A stretch of 58,045 nucleotides of DNA, the filler included, from Sphacelaria rigidula (lineage: Eukaryota): NCBI GenBank assembly GCA_964200075.2. It is 5 parts of 5 records of this genome, joined end to end, with 100 filler letters (N's around TTAATTAATTAA, not from the genome) between each part and the next. Parts side by side here need not be neighbours in the genome. Positions count along the whole stretch, not along the records: positions 11,633 to 23,162 come from CAXNAA020004826.1; positions 23,263 to 34,791 come from CAXNAA020004827.1; 3 more parts are not named here. One strand, 5' to 3'. Numbering within the stretch: position 1 is the first letter of the stretch; each line of letters begins with the position of its first letter. A program made the translations under genes and the position numbers. Shown here one piece after another: positions 12,475 through 24,458 of the stretch. The notes beneath the pieces were generated by a model. The model made no database searches, was not told the DNA's origin, and saw only the letters and a program-made list of their open reading frames with translations.

Positions 12475-14812
12475 TCATCCCTTCACGCCGCCTACGAAGC
12501 TCGAGATCGCCTCGGCTTTCGCGACATCAAGCAGCAACACTGCCATCAAGTAGCACGCCGTATAGGACATAGAGGCATGTCCTGCGAGCTTTTTGGCTCC
12601 GGTGCACTACATCACACCCCACAGAAAACGGATGCCCGCTCAACACTCAAAGCAATTGGAGCGCCCTGAGCGGACGTACGTATGGCCCACTCTACTCAGA
12701 CCACAAAATAAACAGATTTCGATTAGAATACTTCAGGTAGAAAGGGTTCCGATCTCAATACTTCAACCCAAGCCCCCATCAGCCAAACAGGCATGCGGGC
12801 AACACATCGCAGAAGCTGTGCCTCTGGTACGGAAACTGTTCACAAGTCTTTCCTCACCTGAACCCGTGCAGCTTTACGATCGCGCACCAGATCACCGTTC
12901 CTCGTGCGCAGCTCATCGCGCTCTTGGCTCAGCCAATCGACACGGAGTTGGGCCGCACCCCGAGCCCACTCCAACCGCATGAAGCGGTCCTTGGAGCGTC
13001 GCTCCTGGTTCTCCAGGCGTCCGCGGAGGACTTCGACATGGAGCTGTCGAAGCTGTAGCAGTAGGCAACACCATTCAGGCGACGAAATCGTGGCGGCTTG
13101 TTGGGTTTCTGCTTTCACGGTAGTGAGTCAGCCCAACTTGATACGAGGAAACAACTAAACATGGCACACCAAGACCCGGTACAACAGCATGTCCTTCGCT
13201 GGGGCAGGCGAGACCGTGCTCACTGTACCACATAGTTGCACAAGAATACCGTATGATTCCAAGTTCAGCCTACTGCTTTTGTTTCCCGATGGGGACCGCG
13301 ACTCACAGTAAAAGGGTTGATGAGCCAGGGGAAGAATACATCGACGATAGGCCTGCTCTGCTGTACGAGCTGGGCCAGCTTGCGGCATTTTTCGGCGCTT
13401 GACGAGATTTGCGCGGTGCGTCTTCACGACTTACAAGCTGAAAAATCGACACAACCTTTGTATCATTAAGACGCAAAAAATGTGCTGTGGTAGCCAGAAA
13501 AAACAACGACGAATCAAGCAGCAAATCAGACCCAGTCCAAGATGCTGACAACATTTGAAGACGTCATAACTCAACCAACATACCACTCTACACCGAAGCA
13601 AGTGGCCAGTGCTGATGGTCCGCAACAAGTGACCGGTTCCACAGAAAGAACAACATGAGACAATTGGTTATACATGCTGAAGGCACCTGAAGAATAAAAA
13701 AAAATAGAGAACGCGGATGGAAGGTCCCAGGAATAGCTTTAGAACCCGCCCCCACCCCCTCGGGATAAATAGTCGAGGTCCTCCCAGGGCAAACCGGGTC
13801 GATTTAGAGGCATGTTTCCTCCACCGCCCAGGGCGCAAAACATGATATTATTCACTTCAGTTTTGTTGCTGTGTTTCATACGTGTTCTGGCCACCCGGCA
13901 TGTAACGACTTTGAATATCCGAGTGTATTTTGGTCTTCATCCCAAGGGGAATGAAACGAAGCTCGAAACATGCAAAAATAAAGGGGGGGGGGGGGGGGGC
14001 GAAATACATGAGGACGGGGAAAAAAAAACACAGCTATGCTGGACTCGAAGCCGCGTCCGCTAAGGTGGAGATAGGCACCCGCTACGCACCGTTAGGTCCA
14101 CAGAGGTACATTTATTTTCCTGGGCTACTGTAGCAATCTCTTGCGCATTGACGTGTAGAACGCAAGTGTACAGTTTCAGTTCGAACTACTCAGATAGGGC
14201 CGTGCATTCCACTTCTTGTGTGACACCGTTTCATCCCGTTGTCTAGCGGGTATGAGAGACCTCCGTCTGTACGGAAGGTCACGAGTTCGAATCCCGTCAG
14301 ATCCATTGCATTTTTGCAGAATCTGGTCCTATCGTTGAGCTAATTTTATTATGCAGTACATCCCTCCCCCTCCCCGCGTTTCTACTCGTAGCGGCAGAGT
14401 GCGCATCAGAAGGTTGGTCTGCACTTCACAACGATATGCTTACATCAGATTGATTCGGAAAACTGAAAGGGTGAAGGTGCGGGACACAAGTACCCATATA
14501 ATACTACTACAATAATACTGCCGCGGTACGAGAAAAAACCCCAGGGCCCACGGAAATCACCTGAACGCTGAGCTCCAGCTCGTTACATTTCCGCGACTGT
14601 CTCCACCAATTAACGGCCCCTATCGTCGCCACCAAGGGTACCACGGCACGTGTGCCCACCAACGCCACCTGGCAGAGCGACTCGCGTGCAAGCAGCTCAC
14701 CGATGGCGGCTTCTGCCTCCGCCTTCTCCTGTCGCGCTGCAGCGCGTGAGACAACAGCAGTCAAAGTGCTGACTCCAGCCGCGGTGGCTGCTACGAAAGC
14801 TGGTAGTCCCAT
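12475..14812 (-). CDS. Putative 3-exon gene, ~192-aa hypothetical protein (hydrophobic N-term, coiled-coil-like middle, hydrophobic C-term)
   Basis: Exons 14812-14561 (ATG...CAG|GTGATT), 13052-12858 (CTACAG|...CAG|GTGAGG) and 12606-12475 (TGTAG|...TGA). All junctions are phase 0 and give one open frame. No family recognised. Confidence 0.55.
14228..14315 (+). ncRNA. tRNA-like element (pseudo-tRNA or SINE head)
   Basis: A-box-like TTGTCTAGCGGG, stem TCCGT/ACGGA, B-box/T-arm GAGTTCGAATCCC, then a T-run. The anticodon loop and acceptor stem are non-canonical. Confidence 0.5.
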
Positions 14813-17800
14813 GATCCTGGTTATAGGGACAACAGATATCGGGACGAGGCGATGCAGAGAGAGCCAACACGGGCGAAGCGAGTCAAGGCGTCTTCAATCA
14901 ATCGCTCGGTATCATTTACGTGTTGTCCAAAAACGTCTGCGGGCATGCATCTGTCATCTGTTCTTGTCAGTACTCGTAATAAAAGAAACATGTCCTGCAT
15001 CACCCCCGCGCCCACATGTCGCGATAGATCCCGACGAGGTGAACACTGACCGACTGACTCTCGCTGTGCAACCGCTGGACCCCAGCAGCGCAGCCGCGAG
15101 AAGTCCCGCAGAACTAAAGGAAAGTGACGATCCACCACCTGAGACATGCTGCTTGCTGTCCGATACGAACGCCGCTCTATCTTACTGCTGCTCTTGTGCC
15201 GTTGTTGCGTGTTCCTTCTAGCCTCTCCACCTGGCCTACGTTTAATCCACGCCAGTGTAGTCGTGCTGTTCTATACCGTCGTGTCTGAGACACATGATTC
15301 GATCACGAATTCGTATCCACATGTTTACCGACCCTATACGGACGGCACGCCACACAGCGAAAATGTCTTGTTGCACAACAGTCTACGAGCATGCATCTCA
15401 AGGGCCATCTGCGAAAAAGGGACCCTCAGCCATCCTCCATGGACATTTCTGCATAATTGCTCTTCTACTTCGGCCTGCTCGGTCAGACCCGCGGTTTGAG
15501 GACATCAAATCCCAACGCACAGAGTCATCATGAAAGCATGAAAGCATCGCTCTTCTGGTGAGGTGGATGCCCTGGAGTAATGAACCACAAAGAGGCGATT
15601 TCCACGCAACGACAGAAGAACAAAAAACATTTTGCACCATATTATCTTGGATAATCAGTCGTGCAATAGATGTCATGGAGAAAATAAAATGTGTGTGCTC
15701 AGCGTCAAGGGTCGAGCCACTTGTTGGTACAATAATGGGAAGACGATGTACTGCAGCGGGTAATAGTCTCCTCCATACTTGACGCAGCACACGATTTTTG
15801 TATTGCAGCCATTCAATCAACCTTGTGCAGCATCGGCATTTATCGAAGATTCCCCGGGCACAGTCATTCGAGAATGGAGTACCGTACGACTTTTAACTTC
15901 ACCCGGTGAATACTGTACCGAATACGAGTTTGAACTGGGATATAATGGTTGAGTGTTTGGATATTGGCTGTTCCAGGGCACCTCGTGTGAGGTCATGCCA
16001 ATCGGAAACGGTGGGAGAGTAGCTAGCCATCGATCGGTGCTGATCAACGAACATGCCCTACCTCATGCACACTCAACGGTTTACACGGGCGATGAGTTCT
16101 CCCCCTTTCGCTCGCTCCATATTGCGCGCTACAAAGGTCGTGCGGCGGTTTCGACGAAAACGCACCGACTGCTCAGCGCAGCAGTAATTACCGTTCGTGG
16201 ACTGTCACAGTCGTGCAGTCATATGTGCGGTATCAAAACGCCTACTGCACAAGTATACGGGCAAGGGAGCTCGCTCACAAGAAAAACATGTGGCGATGAT
16301 CGGTGGGTTCCCTGGCCAGCTGGCACGCGATACGTGTTTACCTAAGCTGCCTCCTCGGTGAAGCGCCCTCATGAACGGATGATTTGGCTTATTTTCATCA
16401 TACTGAGCTGAGGGAGGCAAAAAGACACAATCATTATCATGCACTCTCCATCCAAACTACTCGTACTCTGAAAGAGGTCGATGGATACTGCACCCCTCAA
16501 CCGCCGGAGGTGTCCATTTGTTGAATCAGCGTCGTTTCCACTACTCTGTCCAGCGACAAATGATACCGATTCAGAAATCGTAGACACCCTCGGCCGTCAA
16601 AGGGCCATCAACCCAACTCTGCAGAACCAACGACTAGCTACTGCGATCGTCCAAACGCTTACGGGCACCCCAAACACAACTACAGTACAGTACAGTACAG
16701 TACAGTACTGTAGTACCAGCAACGATGATGCGCTGCTGGATGCCTCTGTGTCCTCTCGTCAAAAAACAGGAACGCGACAGGCCAATCAATCGGAGGAGAC
16801 ATTGACTGTTTGGTTAGTCGCATCCAACAACGCCCTACTGCTCTCCACCCGCACTGCTCAGGTCGAGCTGCTTATTTATCTTGCTGTTGCGGTTGCGCGG
16901 GAAACGACCACTGTTGTCTCACCTTTTACATATAGTACAACAAGCACCGTCAAGTCACGAGGATCTTTGTGGTCCCATCCCCTCAGATCGCCCCAGCACC
17001 TCCACAGCTCTTGTCGCCAGGCCCTCGGCTGCGTTCCTCGCTTGAAACTGGTGCTGTGCTTTCTGTGTTTGTTGCCCGTCAGCGTGCCGTATGTTTTGTG
17101 GGCCCTATGCTGGAGCAACGAGAGTGACAGAAGGAGTAGGAGGCGTTCTCGCACTGGATACCACATTCGACCAACTGACCTCCGATCATGTACTATGAAT
17201 CCATCTCTCGACCGGCACTGGAAAGCGTCTCTCAAAACAAGGGAACTTCTATCCATTCGTCGTAGAAAGAGAGAAGTGATACGCTCTCCTTCTCTTATAC
17301 GCATCCGAAATGTCCTCTAGTATGTGATGTATAATCAACAATGGTACCAGCATATCGTGCACAGCGGACGACGGCACTATACACGGACACGCTGCCCGTT
17401 AAGGCGAAAAATGTCATCAAGAAGGGACTCGTCTCTCACAGGACTGCTCGCTCGAGGCGTGAGGGCCAGCGACTTCGCACATGAATACTTTGAGAAAGAA
17501 GCAAACGGACCATTTTTCGGGGACATTCCTTACCGCAATTTCCCTGCATCACTCATCGCTCTCCTTGTCGTGTCTTCATTGTCCGATAAACAATTATTGC
17601 TCCTCCTTCAGGAAGTAGTGATAGCAGCAGCAGTATATGAAGGTGGCGGCCATCGCACAAGGTCAATCTTAGGTGAACTGCCCAGAATATCACAGATTCT
17701 CACATTCGTGTGTGCATATCTCGGAAAATAAAGATCGCACCATTATTTCAACTCATCCGTGCTCACAACTGTTGCATGTCGGCAATGCTTGTGCTCATCA

Positions 17801-17852
17801 GGTGCTCCACACACAACAAGTAGACACACGAAAACACCCACGCGAAAACAGA

Positions 17853-17910
17853 ATGGCAGACAGGCAGGCAGGCAGGCAGGCAGACAGACAGACAGACAGG
17901 CAGACAGACA
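17853..17910 (+). repeat. (CAGG)n/(CAGA)n microsatellite
   Basis: Directly visible. Confidence 0.9.
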
Positions 17911-18032
17911 CATATACAAGGAGGCGCACGCAGATAAACGAGGAGGCACGCAGACAGGTAGAAAAACAGACAGATGGAGAGGGAGCCGAAAGAACCACCG
18001 GTCCGATCCCGATTGATTCTCCCCTCTCACCA

Positions 18033-18365
18033 GAGTGATGCCACGATAGCCCTCCCCCAAGAGAAAAATGCAACGGAGACCTAGGCTAAATTTACATGTG
18101 AGGTGTTTAGACCTTGTTTCTGACACCAGCTCTATCTGCATTCTTCAAGATAAAATTGAACGTCTGTTTCTGAAACCAGCTGTATGTATATCTGCGTTGC
18201 GTGCTCCTCAAGACCTTTCAACAAGACCTGGTTTCGGAGACGAGCTTCGTATCTGCGTTCCTCATAATAAATTCCAAGACCACTCATCACCTCGATGTGC
18301 TGTACGGCCATTTTCTTCGTTAAAGTTATTCGGCCCTTTCGGGGAGGGCTATCGCGGCATCACTC
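18033..18365. mobile_element. MITE-like element, ~333 bp, ~25-bp TIRs
   Basis: GAGTGATGCCACGATAGCCCTCCCC ... GGGGAGGGCTATCGCGGCATCACTC. No clear TSD. Confidence 0.65.
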
Positions 18366-18671
18366 ACCGCGACACGGGACCAAATGCTGGCACGCGCCGG
18401 TTTGCCGTGACTCACTGCGTGTTCCGACTGTGGGGATGCACCGTGAGGGATGTGCCCCTGCTGTATAGTCGTACACCGAAGCTTATTGTGTGTAAAACGT
18501 GCACTTTTACCCGTCTATGCTGGGGAGGTAGTGGCAACTTTATTTGGAGGAGAAGAAGAAGCTGGTTCAGAAGTCGATCTGGTTGTCGGAGTGGTGGGAG
18601 GAAGAAGTGAGAAGCGGGGGGCGTCTCCTCCCAACCAAACAAAGCACATGAACTTTGCAACGTGTGACCGT

Positions 18672-18770
18672 AAAAACTACTCAAAACATACACGCAAGAG
18701 CTCCTCAGCACATAAACACAAGAACTCCTCATAACACATAAACACAAAAACTCCTCAGTACATGAACGAT
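18672..18770 (+). repeat. Minisatellite, ~4 x 24-26 bp
   Basis: AAGAACTCCTCA..ACATAAACAC-like units. Confidence 0.75.
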
Positions 18771-19149
18771 AGACTCCTCGCCATGATGTGTAGGGATCAT
18801 CAGATACGACGGAGTAAAATGGACCAATCAAAATGATGAAAACATCACACGTGTTCTTCTCCGCGTCAGCCTGTTTCACCTCCGTTGATCTACAGTGTTC
18901 ATCACTACACTACATCTCTATCGGGCACCCGTTCGAGCATCTCTTGCGTCCTCCCTACTCGTGGCATTGCCTGATGCTGTAAACATCTATCAACGTGCAC
19001 TGTATGTATACCAGAATATACAACAATCGCCCGTGTCGTTCGTTTCGTTGCGACGAAATGTTCAAGTGAAAAACGCGCCCAACATACCGAAAACGGTATG
19101 ATAGTTGTACCAAATGGAACTAACACTCAGAAAGATAAATGTCCAAGAC

Positions 19150-19545
19150 AACTCTCGGCACAAATCCACCACAAAATTTTCGGTGGGACTCGAGCGATTC
19201 CTGAACCACTGCCCCTGTCGATACATCCGCCTGCTGGTATTCGGATGATGTGAAAGTGATCGAGATCTCCTTCATGTCCACGTAATATCAGAGAAAGAGT
19301 GATGCTCCACATCTGTGTGTCCTTTGAATCCAAGTTCGTAGCAGGGTTTTGCGCAAGTTGCAGAGCACTTCGATTGTCCTCAACTACGGGAACGCACGAC
19401 ATACCAACCTCTGGTAACATGAAACGCCTAACTATTCTTAGTAATAACACTCCTTTGATAACTTCTGCAGTTGTCACGTAATCCGCTCCCGTTGTTAAAA
19501 ACGCGACGCATTTCTGCGTCCGAGAAAAACTAGACAATCGAACTT
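19150..19545 (-). mobile_element. Ty1/Copia RNase H remnant
   Basis: SSFSRTQKCVAFLTTGADYV...VVEDNRSALQLAQNP...SK is a degenerate form of SW.S..Q..VA.ST.EAEY / .DN..AI.LA.NP..H.R.KH. Confidence 0.85.
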
Positions 19546-20524
19546 CTTCTACTGATTTTTTGTATATTTTCTGTTCACTCTGTTGCCAGAAATTGATCAA
19601 TGAACATTGACAAAATGCGAGAAGTTTGGTGGGCTTTGCGGGGTGTATGTTTGCTTCTGTTCCTTTACAAATTGTATAAATGTAATATAGTATAGTATAT
19701 ATTATATAATATATATTAATATACAATTGAAAGGGGGACGTATCCAAGAGGGGGCAGACTAAGGAAGAGGCGGTCCTGATGCCGAAGGAACTCCGAAGCT
19801 GACGATGATTTTCCTCTTGTGAGATGTAGGCAAGAAGTGGGTCAGACACAGAGTGGTCGCTGGAGGCGACCACTTCCTCGGGGGATGTTGGACCGTCGTG
19901 AGTATTAGGTTTTTCCTGGTATCACCCCGAGTTGTCTAGTTTCGTTGGCATTACAGGGTCCTCGGGAATCTGGTCCCTTCGGACCGTTCCCGTTCCCACT
20001 TATACCTGTTTTTTCTAGCTCTTTATACACGTGTGGTCTCAGTCCCTGATATGTCACTGCAAATATGTATTCCCGACACAAATATATAATATAGTATATA
20101 CTGCCCCTTGATGAATATTCGTATATATATACCTATATATAATATATGAATATTTTGTATAACATATAGTATAGTCCATATTAAGGAGAAGAAGCATATG
20201 TATAATATTGACCTATAATATAGACCCACATTATATGAAATATAATAGGTGAAATATAATATGTCATATATTATACATAATATATCATAAATACTAAATC
20301 ATATATAGTAAATGAGATATAATTTACAAGGATCTCTACTGTCTACGGCAGCTGACCGCATCCGCCAACGCCTCGGCAAGAAACCAGGGGGCACACGGTT
20401 GGGTGTTGCCCCGCCCCCCCCCCTCCTCCCCCCCCTCCCCCCTCCCTTTACCCCCCTCCTCCCCCTCGAAAACTCGAATTTTCGATCTTGAGGCCTACGT
20501 GTCCTAAATATTTTTTTCGCTGCC

Positions 20525-20890
20525 CGCTGGTCACATCTACATTTATTTCCCACCGCAAATATGTCATCGACATTTACAACGACAATCATCGCCACCTTTC
20601 CTTCTTCCAGCAGGCGAAACACACAAGCATCTACCAAACACCCCGGGGATCCCAGAAACAAGCAACCTCGTGTTAGATCGGCATACCATTGCCTTGAGCC
20701 TTTCTTTCAACTGTCACGACTTCTGTTGAGCTTCACGATTTTGCCGGATAGCTTGCCACAGCCTTGAGGATACTTCACGAATGCATCCTCCTCTAGGTTT
20801 GATTGAACGAATGCTTGCTCTACATCAATCAAGTGACACAAATCCAGGTCCGACTCACTTGCAATTCTTTGCTGCTGAAAGACCGTCATT
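20525..20890 (-). mobile_element. Ty1/Copia reverse transcriptase remnant
   Basis: LCHLIDVEQAFVQSNLEEDAFVKYPQG...IVKLNRS...RQWY...DACVF...IVVVNVDDIF (YVDD-like). Confidence 0.88.
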
Positions 20891-22143
20891 ATCTTTGTTT
20901 GGTCAGCACTCAGCACTCAGCATTCAGCATTCAGCAGCAGTGTGACCTTCCTCTCACGATGATGAGACTTCTCCAGCTATTGGTATACAGAAAATGATTT
21001 TGCTGTCGGGCACGCTCTTGACGTTTCTGGTGCTCGGTTAATCGGCTCTCTCCTATGACCTTTTGTAGTGTTTTCAGACAAGTCATTTACCAAGCTCGAT
21101 TAAGAACAACCCACAAAGTGGTCTTGAGAGTTCAGGAAACGACACAGACTACGCAAAAGCCTCGGGTAGACGACTGCGAAAACCACCAACGTGGAGGATA
21201 CGAACTACCCGCTTAGACCACGACGTGTCGGCGCAGACCATGCACGCCTTCCTGGACCGTTGAGGGGCTCTTTGAGAGCAGAAGTCGACGCGCAGTGACC
21301 AAGTGCCGTGCAAACTGAGATTTACGGGCAGTACGTAAAGAAAGGGCGGCAGGGGCGAAGTGTCATGATTATTCCCTGTGGTACAAGAGCACACAACAAG
21401 TACTCTTGAACCCTGCCGCCAAACAGCATATGAGGGAGAGCCACGTCATGGAAAGCTACGACGAACATTTTTCTCGGGGGATTCACTGGGGCTACAGCAT
21501 CTTAGTAGGTAACTTCGTTCTATTCCTCTCCTCCTCCAGCTTGTTTTTGTTTTCGTTTTTCAGGGTGCTCCGTTCCCCGACCTTTTTTTTCCCCCTTCAC
21601 TTCTCTATTGCTTCGACGAGAGTTTCCGTCCTCTTTGCCTTAGGCACGTCTATCTCGTGGATGATGACTGCGACTAGGTCCCCCGGATCAGATCAGTTAA
21701 CGTGCGAGAATGCATCAAACTAAAGTATTCCTGCTCAAGGCGTATTTCAATGGAACGAAGAGATAACACTTTTCAAGAACTACCTCCCAGAAAGTATCAT
21801 ATAGCCAGTCTCTGCATGTATATCATCCCCTCTCGAAAAATACAGGTCGAGAGTATCTTTCTATTTCGGAAGTGTTGGTCTTCGAAAGATCTCCGCGGAC
21901 GTTTTGAGGAAAACAGTGATGGCGCGATAATCCCCCCCCCCCCCCCCCTTCCCCCCTCACCTCTAGACCCTTGGGTTGGCGTCGAGTGGCAACAGCGCTG
22001 TGGAACAAGCCACCAAAACGTAGACAAATGCACAGACTGTCACCGTACATATACGGGGACCGCCACTTGAAAAAGAAAGTCCCGGACCGACGGACATAAC
22101 ATTGAAAAAATCAAACAACCCAATGGTTTCCCCCCAGAAACAC

Positions 22144-22625
22144 ATTTTCTTTAACCTACCATAACACAGCCCGGACATAGACATGAAATAGAGAAGCTAA
22201 CCCTACTTTTCCTTGAACCTACCATAACACAGCCCGGACATAGACATGGATACAAACGCAAGCCATCCTTTTTCTTTGACCTACCATAACCCAGCCCGGA
22301 CATAGACATGAAATAGAGAAGCTAACCCTACTTTTCCTTGAACCTACCATAACACAGCCCGGACATAGACATGGAATAGAGAACCTAACCCTCCTTTTTC
22401 TTTATCCTGCTTTAATACAGCCCGGACATGGACATGGAATAGAGAAGCTGACCCTTCTTTTTCTTTAACCTACCATAACATAGCCCGGACATAGACATGG
22501 AATAGAGAAGCTGACCCTCCTTTTTCTTTAACCTACCATAACATAGCCCGGACATAGACACGGAATGAAGAAGCTAACCCTCCTTTTCCTTGAACCTACC
22601 ATAACACAGCCCGGACATGAACGTG
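22144..22625 (+). repeat. Tandem repeat, ~8 x 62-63 bp
   Basis: Unit approximately TTTTCTTTAACCTACCATAACACAGCCCGGACATAGACATGGAATAGAGAAGCTAACCCTCC. Confidence 0.95.
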
Positions 22626-23162
22626 GAATCGCGGAAAATAACCAAGATCATTTCCCATCATGTTAAAACAAACGCAAGACAATAATAAATCCAAGACCTA
22701 GACATGTAAACAACAGCGTGACGGTTGACCACCTTACATGCAAATCGAAAGTACAGAAGATATAACCAGCACGGATAGGGCAGGATCATCACCCCCTCCA
22801 TGTCAAATTCACATGGAGCTTGGGGTCTCGTAGTGAGATACCCGTAAACCTTACCGGCTTTCAGTAGGCGGCGGAAACCTGGTCAACCATTTCCAGAAAT
22901 TTCCGACATTAGGTACGAAAAGTGCCTAATGAAAGGAAGGGGTGGACAATGCATGGCATAAATGCCAAGACCTACTGCACTCATGAAACAATCACCTTAC
23001 CGATGACCGACCACATGACCTACGAGAAGGAGCACCAAGCGGTACGTAGACTTCTTGAGATCTTGAAGGATAGAAGCTGGTACAACAAAGTGTGGGAGAA
23101 TCGTTGGCCAAGCTTTCGGCAGCCAAGGTCTACTCGGAAGCATCAGTGGAGTAGCGACCCAT

Positions 23163-23262
23163 NNNNNNNNNNNNNNNNNNNNNNNNNNNNNNNNNNNNNN
23201 NNNNNNTTAATTAATTAANNNNNNNNNNNNNNNNNNNNNNNNNNNNNNNNNNNNNNNNNNNN
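23163..23262. other. Artificial 100-nt scaffold linker
   Basis: N44-TTAATTAATTAA-N44. Confidence 0.97.
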
Positions 23263-23369
23263 GCTTGCAGCTCTGTTACTTGAGGTGTCCGAGAGTGAAC
23301 GGTACTGCTTTTACAGCTATTATAAAAGCATCACGGCTTCGGATAGGGGCATTCCGTACGTTCGTCATG

Positions 23370-24125
23370 AAGCTCAAGGTGGAATCGGCAAACATGTATC
23401 GTTGAAGCTCCAGGCCGAGGGCCGCAAAGGTTCAACTCAACGACGGTTCGCATGAATGTTCAACTTGAACGTGGGAGAGTCAAGCTGAACCTTCACTTGC
23501 ACGCCGAACTTTGAAGTCGAACTTCATACGCCGAGAGTGTGTCTTCGAATCCAAAGTCGTACGTTGACGGTGACGTTCAACCCCTACCTTGACACCCCAA
23601 TCGTCAACGTGAACGTGGGAGAGTCAAGCTGAGCCTTCACTTGCACGCCGAACTTTGAAGTCGGACTTCATACACCGAAAGTGTGTCTTCGAATTCAAAG
23701 TCGAACGTTGAAGGTGACGTTCAACCCTTACCTTGACGCCCTAACCGTTGACTTGAACGCTCGAGCTTCAACTTGAAGGACCGTTATTCAATGTGGATAT
23801 CCAGTTTTCAAGTGGAAGCTTTACGATTTTGCGCTTGAGCGTTCGAGATGAAGGTCCAACTTCAAATTGAGCTTCAAGTTAAGCGTTCCAGTCGAGGCCT
23901 TGACCTTCAAGTCGAAGGCTCAACTTCAGGTCGTCCTACAACTTGAACTCTGCACGTGGAGCTTCGGCTTTTTCCTCAAGCCCTCTGAGTTGAATGTTAA
24001 AGCTTTAAGTTGAACGTTGGGGTCTCAGGTTCAAGCCTTTACGTTCATTATCTTCGACGAACGAGGCGGAGCTTCAAGCTGAAGTTTTTAACTTCACCTT
24101 CACCTTGGAGCTACATTCAACGCTC
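23370..24125. repeat. TTCAA/TTGAA-motif-dense region containing a 144-bp tandem duplication
   Basis: CAAC.TGAACGTGGGAGAGTCAAGCTGA.CCTTCAC... at 23461 and 23605. Many TTCAAnTTGAA-like quasi-palindromes. Confidence 0.85.
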
Positions 24126-24458
24126 GGACCTGCAAGCAACTGCTGACCCTCAACCTGACGCTTCCACTACAGAACTACTGGCCGCTGTGTAAATATAAGT
24201 CGTCACGCATACCTTTCCCGGCTGCTACTGAAGCTGTGCTCTACTCCAAGTACTCAAGTCCAGCTTCTCTCAGCTCTTCCCGGCCTGAGGCTTATGTGCC
24301 CAAATGCCTCCCAATAACACTACTTCGAAGTACTATATCAATAACGACACTATTCCGCACTTGACAACGGCACCACATACAGATGGAGTCATCTGCCGCA
24401 GCGCAGGTTTGAGAGTAGAGACACCCCCGTTCACCACGCATATAGCTCAAAATTGTAA

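Noticed and set aside
14228..14315. Functional tRNA gene
   Set aside because: The acceptor stem and anticodon loop do not form canonically, so it is kept only as tRNA-like.
15398..17731. Several 130-279 aa ORFs
   Set aside because: No recognisable motifs, they include microsatellite translation, and I could not build a consistent exon chain.
19786..19830. Hammerhead ribozyme core (CTGACGA), also CTGATGA at ~28586
   Set aside because: No stem II followed by GAAA and no closing helices.
22144..22625. CRISPR-like array
   Set aside because: The whole 62-bp unit repeats with no unique spacers, there are no cas genes and the context is eukaryotic.
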